From Octopus sinensis (Eukaryota): a stretch of 64,000 nucleotides of DNA. Each line of letters opens with the position of its first letter. Within the stretch, counting starts at the first letter, position 1. The notes below the pieces were generated by a model, which was given only the letters and a program-made list of their open reading frames with translations, was not told the origin of the DNA and ran no database searches. The stretch lies in contig NC_042997.1 in NCBI RefSeq assembly GCF_006345805.1, positions 139,748,001 to 139,812,000 on the forward strand. The letters are read 5' to 3'. The position numbers and the translations under genes are program-made. This document shows, piece after piece, positions 11,501 to 21,597 of this stretch.

Positions 11501-13188
11501 TTGCAACTTTTTAATTTTTTTTCTCCACATATTGTTGCTAAACTATATTATCCAATGTGTATTTTCTTTTTTAAAACAGTATAAGGTGGAAGGGTATTTT
11601 GAGGGAAATTTGGCTACTTTTTCTAACATGTTGAGCAACCACATAGTGATTCTTTTGTTAAGAAATTTGTTCCCTTGATCAAATAACCAGAAAATTTATT
11701 AGAGAAAAAGTTTGTAAATAAGGTGTAATTCAAAAAGAGCATACATTAATAAACTTCTCGGTTAGATTAGAAAAAGACTTTCAGAAAATTTTTCATATCT
11801 AATACTTTGCTCCTCTAATATTTCACTTAGGTGTTTTCACTGTGCATTCTAATAGACTTTGTTGTTTTTCTATGTGTTTTCAGACCTAGAAGAGTGTCTT
11901 CCACCAGCGGAGGAGTTACTACATTCCTTAGGTCCTTACTGCCAGACTTTTCTATTGATGTAAGTCAGTTTCTTTAACGTAAAATTTAGATGACTTTTAT
12001 TTTTTCCAAAAGTAATTGTTGGATCTGATTTTTTCTTTGATTGCTGAACATATGCATACACACATGTTCCCATGCGTGTACGGGTATGTATATATTATAC
12101 ACATGTGAGCATGCACACACACACACATACACACACACACACAATGATAGTGTGATCCGAGAAGATCTTGGTATATGAAGATAATCAGCACTGAAGCATG
12201 CAGATGGCTAGTATAGATGGCCAAAAGAAGGTTATACACAGTCAGCAAAGTTTATTAACTGGCATATTTATATACTTTGTCCCATATTGAAACAGATGGA
12301 AGTTTCTATAAGGTGACTGCCTCTATACAACTCATGGTTTTGCAACAAAAATTGTTAATTGTGTGAATATAAATTGAAGAGTGTCAGGAATAGAAAAGGT
12401 AAATGTAACATGTAATGCATAAAAATATTGTTTAGCTTTTCTGTGGGTTTAATTATCAGCAGTTTGTTTGCATCATTGCCCCTTGGAATGATGCAAACAA
12501 CTGCTGGTAATTAGACCTGAAGAAAAGCTAAACGATGTTTGTATGTGTTGCATAAAACATATTAAGTATAGCTTGAAAACATATTTAGTTTTGATTTACC
12601 TTTTCTGATGATGATGATGTTCCTTACACTCTTTGATATATATGCACACACATACACATAACAGGCTGAGTAAAAAGTAAGCTGCATTTTGAAACATGAA
12701 ATTCATCACAATATATTTCAACAATGCGGAAATTTTATTCATTAAAGTAAGTACCATTACAATCAACACATTTTTGCCAACGAGTTACAAGTTTATCATC
12801 ATCATTCAAACTATTATTGGAAATGGACTTTAGGAAATAGAGGCTATGCTAAGATCCAAAAACTGATGTTGAGAAGGAGTGGACTTAGGTGTTACAAGTC
12901 TCTCTATTTATAAGCTGAAAAGTAGAGGAATGCTGCCCCCTGCCTTTATCACTGCTCTCCAGTTCTTTTAATAACCTGTTTGAAATACCTCTTTTATTAA
13001 AGGAACCACTTGAAGAAGAACATGGTGCCACAGGAGGAGGCCATGGTGCCCAACTGACCAATAGCATAGAAACTTTATTGGAAGTGATGCGAGATTTAAT
13101 GGGTAATATTCGGCCTGTACCACCTCCAATTGAGAATCCTCAGAATCAAGCTGATCCACCAGAAGAACATAATGAAGAATGGGGTTAA
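490..13188 (+). CDS. TCF25: Transcription factor 25 / Rqc1 homologue, 3' portion (10 exons, 403 codons incl. stop; 5' exons upstream of window)
   Basis: Hand-spliced exons 490-589, 2166-2352, 4357-4462, 5360-5467, 6768-6883, 7209-7367, 8017-8107, 9986-10065, 11884-11959, 13003-13188. All introns are GT-AG and phases are consistent. Peptide ([91 protein letters not shown]..MRDLM) matches remembered TCF25 sequence collinearly. Confidence 0.95.
780..1008 (-). mobile_element. tRNA-derived SINE (family 1); further copies near 35950-36335 (+, tandem pair), 37395-37570 (+), 54890-55110 (-)
   Basis: Minus strand has A-box-like TGGCAGAATTGTTAG and B-box-like GAGTTCAAATTCC; the body (GGTCGAT...AAGTACCAGTT) recurs within the window. 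Confidence 0.85.
1611..2031 (-). mobile_element. tRNA-derived SINE (family 2) with internal microsatellite; further copies near 21100-21330, 22330-22790, 34745-34860, 45380-45720, 46870-47200
   Basis: Head GGTGTGGCCATGTGGTAAGAAGCTTGC..GGTTCAGTCCC; 3' end TGACTGAAACAAGTAAAAGAATA; multi-copy in window. Confidence 0.85.
2166..2352 (+). CDS. TCF25: TCF25 exon
   Basis: ttcag|AA..CTTAG|gtataa; [45 protein letters not shown]. Confidence 0.95.
2572..2890 (+). mobile_element. tRNA-derived SINE (family 3); related copies 3790-4088 (-), 8735-9027 (-), 50860-51050 (-)
   Basis: TGGCTCAGAAGG (A box), GAGTTCAGTTCC (B box), then a CAAGACACTTTATTTCA..CACTCAGCTGTA central domain shared among copies. Confidence 0.75.
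3059..3193. mobile_element. hAT-type MITE
   Basis: TIRs CAGTGGTTCTTAAC / ATTGAAAACCACTG; perfect 8-bp TSD AACTAGAT at 3051-3058 and 3194-3201. Confidence 0.9.
4357..4462 (+). CDS. TCF25: TCF25 exon
   Basis: tttcag|C..GAG|gtcagt; [35 protein letters not shown]. Confidence 0.95.
4800..5014. mobile_element. TSD-flanked insertion with a perfect 59-bp fold-back (Penelope-like architecture)
   Basis: 13-bp direct repeat AACAATGTATCTA at 4787-4799 and 5015-5027; arms 4869-4927 and 4955-5013 are exact reverse complements. Confidence 0.7.
5360..5467 (+). CDS. TCF25: TCF25 exon
   Basis: tttcag|CCT..AGG|gtttgt; [36 protein letters not shown]. Confidence 0.93.
6768..6883 (+). CDS. TCF25: TCF25 exon
   Basis: ttcag|TTA..GG|gtaagt; LQESLRMFPALLFFLLDKCSVNPAGVVTSCHLFTEAQV. 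Confidence 0.92.
7209..7367 (+). CDS. TCF25: TCF25 exon
   Basis: tgcag|A..AG|gtaact; LPSGLRQLIGLYTGQVWPCWK..WLEKNVEVV. Confidence 0.92.
8017..8107 (+). CDS. TCF25: TCF25 exon
   Basis: ctag|A..CCG|gtaaaa; [30 protein letters not shown]. Confidence 0.93.
8195..8530 (+). mobile_element. Penelope-like terminal (pLTR) fragment with hammerhead-like motif
   Basis: CTGTTGA-A-GAGC-GTAG-GCTC-GAAAC-GT at 8372-8398 inside a pyrimidine-rich tail; minimal hammerheads are an established feature of Penelope pLTRs. Confidence 0.5.
9986..10065 (+). CDS. TCF25: TCF25 exon
   Basis: tgcag|GAC..AG|gtgaat; DITNSVILSYDILPPRDNIETYKRPQ. Confidence 0.9.
10586..11015 (+). mobile_element. RTE-type LINE/SINE 3' region with ~65-bp internal repeats and (ATG)n tail; many shorter copies (13800-13978, 23270-23445, 26990-27270, 35520-35660, 51080-51175, 53280-53505, 54050-54245 and others)
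   Basis: Shared TTAGGAAGGGCATCCAGCTGTAGAAAC..GCATGGAAA..TTAAATGATGATG terminus recurring on both strands. Confidence 0.8.
11884..11959 (+). CDS. TCF25: TCF25 exon
   Basis: ttcag|A..GAT|gtaagt; PRRVSSTSGGVTTFLRSLLPDFSID. Confidence 0.9.
12430..12533. repeat. Imperfect inverted repeat (~47-bp arms) in last TCF25 intron
   Basis: GTTTAGCTTTTCT..CAGCAGTTTGTTTGCATCATT / AATGATGCAAACAACTGCTG..AGAAAAGCTAAAC. Confidence 0.85.
13003..13188 (+). CDS. TCF25: TCF25 terminal coding exon
   Basis: aag|GAA..TAA; EPLEEEHG..LLEVMRDLMGNIRP..HNEEWG*, resembling the acidic TCF25 C-terminus. Confidence 0.88.
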   Translation, partial: EPLEEEHGATGGGHGAQLTNSIETLLEVMRDLMGNIRPVPPPIENPQNQADPPEEHNEEWG

Positions 13189-13349
13189 CCCAAACAGATT
13201 CAGAAAGGGAATTATTTGAAAATAAAATTGTTTCTATTTTTCTTTTGTTAATATTCTCAGATTCTAAAAGGATTCTTAATTTAATAGGCTAATTACAAAA
13301 TAACCCATATTGTATCTTTTTGCTATTTAATATTTTTAAAGAAGCTGTG

Positions 13350-13415
13350 AATAAAATCATGCTAATCTTGAATTTTGGAATAATGTTATGAAATTTTCAA
13401 ATATTTTGGAATAAA
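13350..13415 (+). promoter_or_regulatory. Candidate polyadenylation signals of TCF25
   Basis: AATAAA at 13350-13355 and 13410-13415, 160-220 nt after the stop codon. Confidence 0.45.
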
Positions 13416-14882
13416 TGGCTGTAAACATTGTTGTTAAGAGGATTTCATCTATATTTCTCAAAACATTGCTGTCAAAAGTATTCCATCTGTATTCTGTGCC
13501 TTTTACTATTTTTGTAGTTTCTAACCAAAACAACCTGCAGTTGAGTTTACACATCACATATGTTTATATAAAAGTTATACACTTTCAAAAATATAGTTTG
13601 GATAAATTCCGTTCTCACTCAATAGCATATACATACATAATATATATCTATATCTATACCTACCTACCTCTCTATTTGTCTGTCTGTCTGAATACTGTAT
13701 ATGAAAGATAACTGTTCATCTAAGACATATTTACCAAAATAGATCTGAGAATTTAAAAATTTTTTATTTCTTAAATTATCTCACACCCTTTTTTTTCTGT
13801 GCATGTCATGTAAAAAGCATCTAGTACACTCTATAAAATGGTTGTTGTTAAGAAGGGCATCCAGCTGTAGTAACCATGCCAGACAATAGAGCTTTGTGCA
13901 GTCTTCTGACTTGCCAGCTCCTGTCAAACTGTCTAACCCATACCAGCATGGAAAAGAGACATTAAATGATGATGATGTGTTAGCAGATTATTTTCTTTAT
14001 CTAGGAAATTTGGATACTTCTGTATTTTCAGAACAACAGTATTTACAGCTAAGTGATTGCATCACACATCAATGGAATGAGTGTGAAATCATTCAATTTG
14101 ACTATCAACAGAAGTTAGTGACTGTGACAAGGATTGATATCATGACCTTGTGATTAGTAACTTGTTCTTCAACTTCATATCAGAAAGTGAATAGACAATA
14201 ATGATTTCTTTTAAGTAGCCATGGTGCTAGTTTTGCACCATCAATTAAGTAGATTTTATTAACAAATATCTAGCCCACCTTTATAGTATCAACAATGATA
14301 CCATTGGCTTAAAGAAGCAATCCAGATACTCTATACAGCTGAAATATTAAGTTTATTTAAGCAAATCTAAGCTATTGTTTTTAGTTATTATTTTCAAGTT
14401 GAAATTACGATGTATTCGTGAATTAGTGTTTTAGTATTCACATGTAAATTTATATTCCCAGCCATCATGTATTCTCTGAAATTTGAACTGGTTAGTAAAG
14501 TGTTCTGTATTGTTAACTACTCGTACAAGAAGTAATGAATTGGTAATGTTACTGCATCAGACACAACAAGCGTTACTGTTATTTCTTTCTCACAGCTCAC
14601 ATTCTTGGCATGATCCTGTGGTACTACTCTCTATTAAGGTCAAACAACTAACACTTCACCTGAGTATATGAGTCATTTCAAAGATAACACCCCAATGTCT
14701 CAGCCATTACTTGGTAATAAATTTCTTGACATCCTCAAGTCAGATATACATTCCTTCAAGTGGTTAATCTTGTGCCAAAGAAATCAATAATTCAGAGCTA
14801 CAAATGGTGTATGATTAGTAGGTGAATTGTCTGTAGCAAACTCTAGTGAACTTCCTGTTTATTATATATACATACATATGAA

Positions 14883-15334
14883 TGTAGCAGATAACAGCTA
14901 ACCTTTGACCCGTGGTTGGTATTGACGCAATTTGTCTCTTACTCTATTGCATGCAACCCAACCAATCGCAGCCTCCAAATAAATCATGTGAGATAGTCTG
15001 TTCTAAACAGCATTTGAGCCTACCATTAGCTATAAAAACTCACCTCCTCCTAGACTCGAGATCTGTTGGTTCCAGACCTTCTAAGGTCTACCCACTGACC
15101 ACATTACAGCGACCTCCATCTTCATCACCACCATCATGTCTCTCACTAGTGTCGTCAACAACATCTACACAGCACCAACACAATGAATGGTTCTAACATA
15201 TCGCTGTTCGTGAGCTTTCCTCACCACGGTTAACAGCTAACATACAACACACGCAGATGCATGTAGATATATGGATAAATGTCCATCAACCACTTCCATT
15301 TGTCATTCAGTTTGTGTATATATGTGTGGCCACA
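14883..15334 (+). repeat. Promoter-bearing structured repeat, copy A (LTR-like: TG...CA, CCAAT boxes, TATA, hairpins)
   Basis: Aligns by eye with 15968-16213 and 18867-19345; CCAATCG, ATTGACGCAAT, TATAAAA 15031-15037, hairpin AGACCT-TCTA-AGGTCT 15074-15089. Confidence 0.7.
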
Positions 15335-15444
15335 TTAAACGTATTTAAAGTTACAATCTTGTTTATATATTCTTCATCTGGGTTTCCTACCAAATATTAC
15401 AGCCTTCTGAGTAGAGTCACATTAGATGGAATACAACCTAAACC

Positions 15445-15580
15445 ATCTAAAATGGTGATCCTGACAAAACAACAACTTATCCTTCTATAATGGTGACCCC
15501 CAACGCAACATGGACACTTACCCATCCATAATGGTGACTCACGATGTTCCAGACCACTAAACTAACTAAAATGGTGACAG
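15445..15580 (+). repeat. Diverged minisatellite: four 13-bp motifs C(T/C)A(A/T)AATGGTGA(C/T) at 38-41 bp period
   Basis: AATGGTGA cores at 15451, 15489, 15530, 15570. Confidence 0.8.
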
Positions 15581-15589
15581 CTATTCTTT

Positions 15590-15880
15590 TCAACAAGGAA
15601 AAGAGGGCATCTTTTTTCTGCGTAGTAGCCATGCTGAAAGAAACGGTATGGACGACACGAGTGAAAGGGATTGGGACAGGTCACTTCATCTCCGGATACG
15701 GCTTGGTAAGTTATTTCAACTTTCACCTGTCGAGAAAGATCCGTCTGGAGAAAAGGCGCCTGTCACAAAGTACGTTCAGAAAAAGATGTATGTCTGTAGT
15801 AAGGAAGCTGGGGATGAATGGGGCCATGCTAGCATAGACAGTCAAGGCGAAAAGAAGGGAAAAAAAGAAAAAAAACCGGC
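15590..15880 (+). mobile_element. Tx1/L1-like LINE 3'-terminal fragment with A-rich tail
   Basis: FFCVVAMLKETVWTTRVKG..FISGYGLVSYFNFHLSRKIRLEKRRLSQSTFRKR resembles the ORF2 C-terminus of Tx1/L1 elements; followed by AAAAGAAGGGAAAAAAAGAAAAAAAA. Confidence 0.5.
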
Positions 15881-15967
15881 GGGTTAACCATAAAAAATAA
15901 CCCGGAACATTATTTTATAAATTTTTAACTATATAATATGTATACCTTTATAGGTAAATGAAGAAAT

Positions 15968-16213
15968 TCTGTTGGTTCCAGACCTTCTAAGGTCTAAACA
16001 CTGACCACATTACAGCGACCTCCATCTTCGTCGTCAACAACATCTACACAGCACAAACACTCTGACTGGTTCTAACACATCGCTGTTCGTGAGCTTTCTT
16101 CACCACGGTTAACAGCTAACATACAACCCACGCAGATGTATGTAGATATATAGATAAATGCCTATCAACCACTTACGTTTATCATTCAGTCTGTGTATGT
16201 ACGCGTGGTCACA
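15968..16213 (+). repeat. Structured repeat copy B (5'-truncated relative to copy A)
   Basis: Collinear with 15062-15334, lacking one internal segment. Confidence 0.85.
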
Positions 16214-16226
16214 AAAGGTACATGGC

Positions 16227-17146
16227 GATCTTTCCGTCGATTTCCGTAAAAAACTTTTATTTTTTTACATATGGGCTTGCGGGAACTTTTGAAGTAATGA
16301 GAGCGAAAGAGACTAAGAGAAAGCGATTTTATGACGAGGGAAGATCTTTTGAAGTTACCGTGCATGGGACGCATTGATGTACATGTGTGTGTGTGATGGG
16401 GTGTGGGAGACAGAAAGTATGTTGTGTAAGTGAAGTGCTTCTGTTAGTGTGTGTTTAGAGACAGAGAGAGTAATGTGTGAAAGAGAGAGATAACTGAAAT
16501 TTTTTACTCGGTGTGTATGTATCTATGTATGTGTATGTATGTATGGCCGATTCTTTTTCTTACCATTTCACCATCGTCACATCAACAGAGACATTAAGGC
16601 TGCACAGTAGCAGTCGACAAGGCATGTATAACGATTAAAAAAAAAAATTTTGTCTATATCTTCGATCACTGTCATTATTCCATTGAGTCAACCTCATTAT
16701 TTTCTACATAGCAGACCGTTACATAAACAGGCAAAGGTAATCTTTCGTTTTAACTCGAAATAATGTAAACACTGAATCGGCCATACATACATACATACAC
16801 ACACACATATATAGATACATACACACACACACACATACATGCATACATATACACATACACCGAGTAAAAAATTTCAGTTATCTCTCTCTTTCACACATTA
16901 CTCTCTCTCTGTCTCTTAACACACACTAACAGAAGCACTTCACTTACACAACATACTTTCTGTCTCCCACACCCCATCAAACACACACATGTACATCAAT
17001 GCGTTCCATGCACGGTAACTTCAAAAGAACTTCCCTCGTCATACAATCGCTTTCTCTTAGTCTCTTTCGCTCTCATTACTTCAAAAGTTCCCGCAAGCCC
17101 ATATGTAAAAAAATAAAAGTTTTTTACGGAAATCGACGGAAAGGTC
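16227..17146. repeat. Large inverted repeat upstream of ADAT1 (arms 16227-16553 and 16774-17146, spacer 220 bp)
   Basis: Near-identical reverse-complement arms; also visible as twin ORFs 16186..16374(-) and 16999..17208(+). Confidence 0.95.
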
Positions 17147-17510
17147 TACTAAAGACGAAAGATTGCCCAAAAGTCTGTAAAGTTGACAAACGAGGAAGTG
17201 TTGAATAAAATGCCATGCAGGATCTATTTTTAATCAGCTAGATTTCGAATTCAAATCCCGTATGGATATACATTACGTTTCGTCTCTCTGCGGTCAATTA
17301 AATAATTGCTAGTAACATACAAGCCACTATCAATTCAGCTCATTGACTCTCTTGATTTTATTTTGCCTAAGAAATCCTTCCACGATGTTTGTTTACGTTG
17401 TGGTGAGAGAAATGAAACATTTGCAACCTTCTGTTTAGAGTTATCTCCCTTCATTATTGCTGCTACAGACTCCAAAGAAATATTTTATATTTGTAAATTA
17501 CTTCGAATAA

Positions 17511-17658
17511 ATGACGTCTGAGAATGACTTTTCCTTTGCTGATAGAGTGACCAAATGTGTATTGGGTCACTATGAAAAGTGCATTTCGCGACGCGGTAAA
17601 CCTCGAATGGAAAGAGAATGGACATTATTAGCAGCTGTCGTTATGGTAAAACGATCAG
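17511..17658 (+). CDS. ADAT1: ADAT1 exon 1
   Basis: ATG..TCAG|gttctg; [44 protein letters not shown]. Confidence 0.9.
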
Positions 17659-20462
17659 GTTCTGTCCGTTTTTTTTTTCATGTCTTCAATTAATTTTTAT
17701 TATTTACGTTTGCAATGCAATTCCTTAATCTCTAATCTCTGACTTCATAAAAACTGTAGCTCCTATCTATAATCGTACCATTACACTCCTCTTATGCATA
17801 ATCGATAGATCACATGTGTTTTCAAAAACGAAGTTATTTTGGTTAATGTTTAACCGTTATTTTTATCAGTCTTTCGAAAATAATTTATCTTCTCTGAAAT
17901 TATCATCGTTTAATACAGAAATTCTGTATAAAGTTTTTAGCTAGGTAGAAAAACCCTAAAGTTTAGATACGTAGGGAAACTGGGTTGTGAGACTGGAGTC
18001 TTTCGTATCAGACATGTGAAAATAAGTTCGTGCGGGGATCGAAACCGAGTTGTAAATTTGGCTTATGGAGGACGGAGGCTTACTTTTATACTTCGTCGTG
18101 TACCACTCGGCAGATCGTTCTTTCGGGATAGTGAGGTACAAGCGAGAGCTATTAAATACATATAATATTGACCCGCGATTTTAACAACCCGAAAGATATT
18201 GGAAACGAGGTCAGATTTTACTTCGAGACGTCTATCTGGAATGGAAATATTTGGAAATACCAAACTGAATCCATTCATGTGTGAACAAACAGCAAGTTAG
18301 CATGTCGACATGTTGTTTACAATTATAATATTATGGTATATCCATCATATGTTCCACCACGTTACAACACTCGCTACTAAGCCGTATGTAATGTTTATAA
18401 TGGAACGGAAGGTTTATGATACATGTGGAGTATCTCCTCACTATAATTATTTTTGTAATTTCAAGGAGCTGGAACGGGTCACCAATTTGTAATGTCCATG
18501 CGGTGCGAGGTGACGAGAATGGCTCCTTAGTACATCACACGGTCGATACAATAAATATAAATAGAATAATGCATATATGTGCCAAAGAGAAAAAAGAAAC
18601 ACAAACGGGTAGGATGTTTAAGAGAAGATTTGTTAACATGTGTGATTATGTGTGCGTCGTATATACAAAATAATAGACAGGCCGTCGTAAGACGTATGCG
18701 TGTTAAGGATGGTGATGCAGAAGAGACAGTGAAAGAGTCTATAGCCATCGAAGTGAGGAGTAAGTTCATAGACGCAAGAATGATAAATACCAGTTCGTAG
18801 TCAATTGTGTAGCGTACACTTGAGGGAAATTCCTCTCTCCCTGTTATATATACATAAATACGGACATAGCAGATAACAGCTAGCCTTCGGCCGCCCTTTT
18901 GGTCCCTGTTGTGTCCACTACTCTGATTGGTTGGTATTGGCGCAATTTGTCTCTTGCTCTATTGTGTACCAATATGCAACCTAACCAATCGCAGTCTTCA
19001 AATAAGATCACGTAAGACAGTCTCTTCTAAACCTCAGTTTGAGCTGACTGCTCACTATAAAATTCCAGCTTCACACCGTCTCAAAGTCTTTCGGTTCCAG
19101 ACCTTTTGAGGTCTAGCCACTGACCAACAAGACACAGCGAGTTCCAGTGACAACACAACAGCAGCCACATGGAAACCCTTCAACTTCGTCCAACAGCATT
19201 TGACGACCTTCATCTCTGTCATCACCATTTGTCCTAACATCAACATCATCTCTCTACATACACAGCAACCAACAACACACACACAAGTTCTAACACAACA
19301 CTGTTTGTGAATTACTTCACCATGGTTAGCAGCAAATACAACCTACAAGAACTCCTGTACCAAGTGACCGGCAGTAGCATCCAGTCACAACTTCACGTAC
19401 AACATGTACCTCAACAAGCTCTGCTTCTTCACTGCAACTTCTGAATACCGATTTCCAACTATTGTGTACAATTGACTACAAACTGATATTTCTCATTCTT
19501 GTGTCTACACTCTTTCAAGCTCTGCTGGCCACAGCATTTGCTCCATTCTGCTGATGCTCTCACCCGTCTCCTCCACATTTTTCTAAACATCTTTCTTAAA
19601 TTATCTTCCCGCCTGACTGGAGGTCTTCTGAGTGGTCTTTTCACATCACTCTAAATTCTGTCTTATCTCATAACTTCAAAATTACAGTGACATGATAATA
19701 TATTTTTGGAATGACATTGTAGGGTTGGTGTAAGAGGCCAGTTCCAGCAAGTTTGAACATAAAACAGATAGAATATTTGGGCCAGATACAGCAGGTTTAA
19801 ATGCTAAAGGGTTAATAAGAGATTATCAATCTGGAAAAAATACTTGAGCTCTCTGCTAATTGCAAACATCAGGCTAACAAAAGATTTTTTTGATTGATAT
19901 AGAACTCTTGGAAAGCCTAAGATGAGATCTGAAGTTGAAGCCCATTACCAAGTTAATATAGTATGTTTTCACAGAATGATATACAAGAAAAGGCATAAAT
20001 AATGTGCTTTATACATTTATTTATTTGTGCATTATAGACGTACAGCTGTTTCTCATGTGTTTTTTAGGTGCGTTCATGGTTCTCTTTACTCAATTGGTTG
20101 ATTGATCAATTGAAAAAAGTGAACAGCCATTAAAGACACTATTGTCTTCGGTGTCTGCATATCAAGTGCCAAAGTAAATGAAAACAAAAGTAATAAAGGT
20201 ATGGAAAGAGGAGGAAAGAAGAAACTAGGAAGGAGAGGGGTGGGAAGCTGGTCACTGTTGTATCTATATGGAGCTAGGTCATTCTTTTCTAGCCATCAGT
20301 CTTAGTCTATTGTAGTCTCTTATTATGGTTGAATAGTATCACCATAAGGTATTGAAGTTTAATACCCATCAACTCCTCTTGTGGTCATCTTTTGGTGAAA
20401 TTTTATATGTAGGTCATTGCTTTTGGATTACTACAATAGTGAGTAAACAAAATTATGAACAC

Positions 20463-20501
<39 letters not shown>

Positions 20502-21496
20502 GGTAATTCAAAAGTCCCTTTATTATTAATATAAACTAACAGCCACGATCATTTGAGTTTCTTAATGTATGTCTTGTCTCTATTCCTCCCCCACCTCCAG
20601 TCTCTTCACTACAGCATTCATCAACCTTCTCACTGCATTTATTAACCATCCTTGATCACAGCAACATTTGATGCTATGGCTCAAAGATACCAGGGTAGCT
20701 AATCTCACTGCCCTATAGCTGATCTATTCACTATAAATTAGCAAAAGTAGTGTCAGGAGCATATGCAAACAAAATTGTTGCAAAATAAAAAATATATTTT
20801 GTATATCATTTAAATGTCAACAAAATATTATTCCTCACGAAAGGGAAAAATATCTTGTAATAATTGCAACATCTAACAGTATTAGAAAAAGTATTCACAA
20901 TATCTTTAATAATGTCATTAACTTGTGCAATAACTATTTTTGGATTGGTTTCAATTTTCAGATGGAGAACTAAATCTCAAAACTGTTGCTTTAGGAACCG
21001 GAACCAAATGTATTGGGCAATCCAAAATGAGTAAAAATGGTAAATATCAATCTATGAAAATATTTTACTTTTAATCTCTTACAGGCAAAGTTACATATAT
21101 CTTTTTCCTTCTATCTTTCACTTGTTTCAGTCATTGAACTGCAGCCATGCTGGAGCACCACTTTGAAGAGTTTAGACAAGAAAATCACTGCCCACAGTGC
21201 CTATTTTTAAATCTGGTACTTATTCTATCACTCCCTTGTTCTGAACCACTAAGTTTTAGAGGGACGTAAACAAATCAACACCAGTTTTCAAATGGTTGTG
21301 GGGACAAACACAATGACACACACAAATACACTTACACACACACACACACACACGTGTATATATATTATTTAATAAACACCAAGTGCTGCCTGAAACTAAC
21401 AGTAACACATAAAAGCATATATTGTCTATTAAATAATATTTATCTCACACAGGTGGGGTACTTTTTTGTTGATTTTCCCATCACAGAACAGTACAC

Positions 21497-21550
<54 letters not shown>

Positions 21551-21566
21551 ACACACACACACACAC

Positions 21567-21597
<31 letters not shown>

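Noticed and set aside
15074-15094. Histone 3' stem-loop-like hairpin (6-bp stem, 4-nt loop, followed by ACCCA)
   Set aside because: Stem is AGACCT rather than GGYYYU, the loop varies (TCTA/TTTG), there is no histone ORF upstream and it lies only ~45 bp from a TATA box.
15445-15580. CRISPR array
   Set aside because: Repeat is only 13 bp and degenerate, spacers share residual similarity, there are no cas genes and the context is eukaryotic; kept only as a diverged minisatellite.
19093-19128. Resemblance of GGTTCCAGACCTTTTGAG|GTCTAG..ACTGACC to nematode SL1 spliced-leader RNA
   Set aside because: No Sm site (AU4-6G in the proper stem context) downstream, poor donor (GTCTAG/GTCTAC), TATA-type promoter, and SL trans-splicing is not established in molluscs.
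19322-19444. 40-codon ORF with perfect Kozak (CACCATGG) in copy C
   Set aside because: Copies A and B have ACG at this position and diverge afterwards; no recognisable product.
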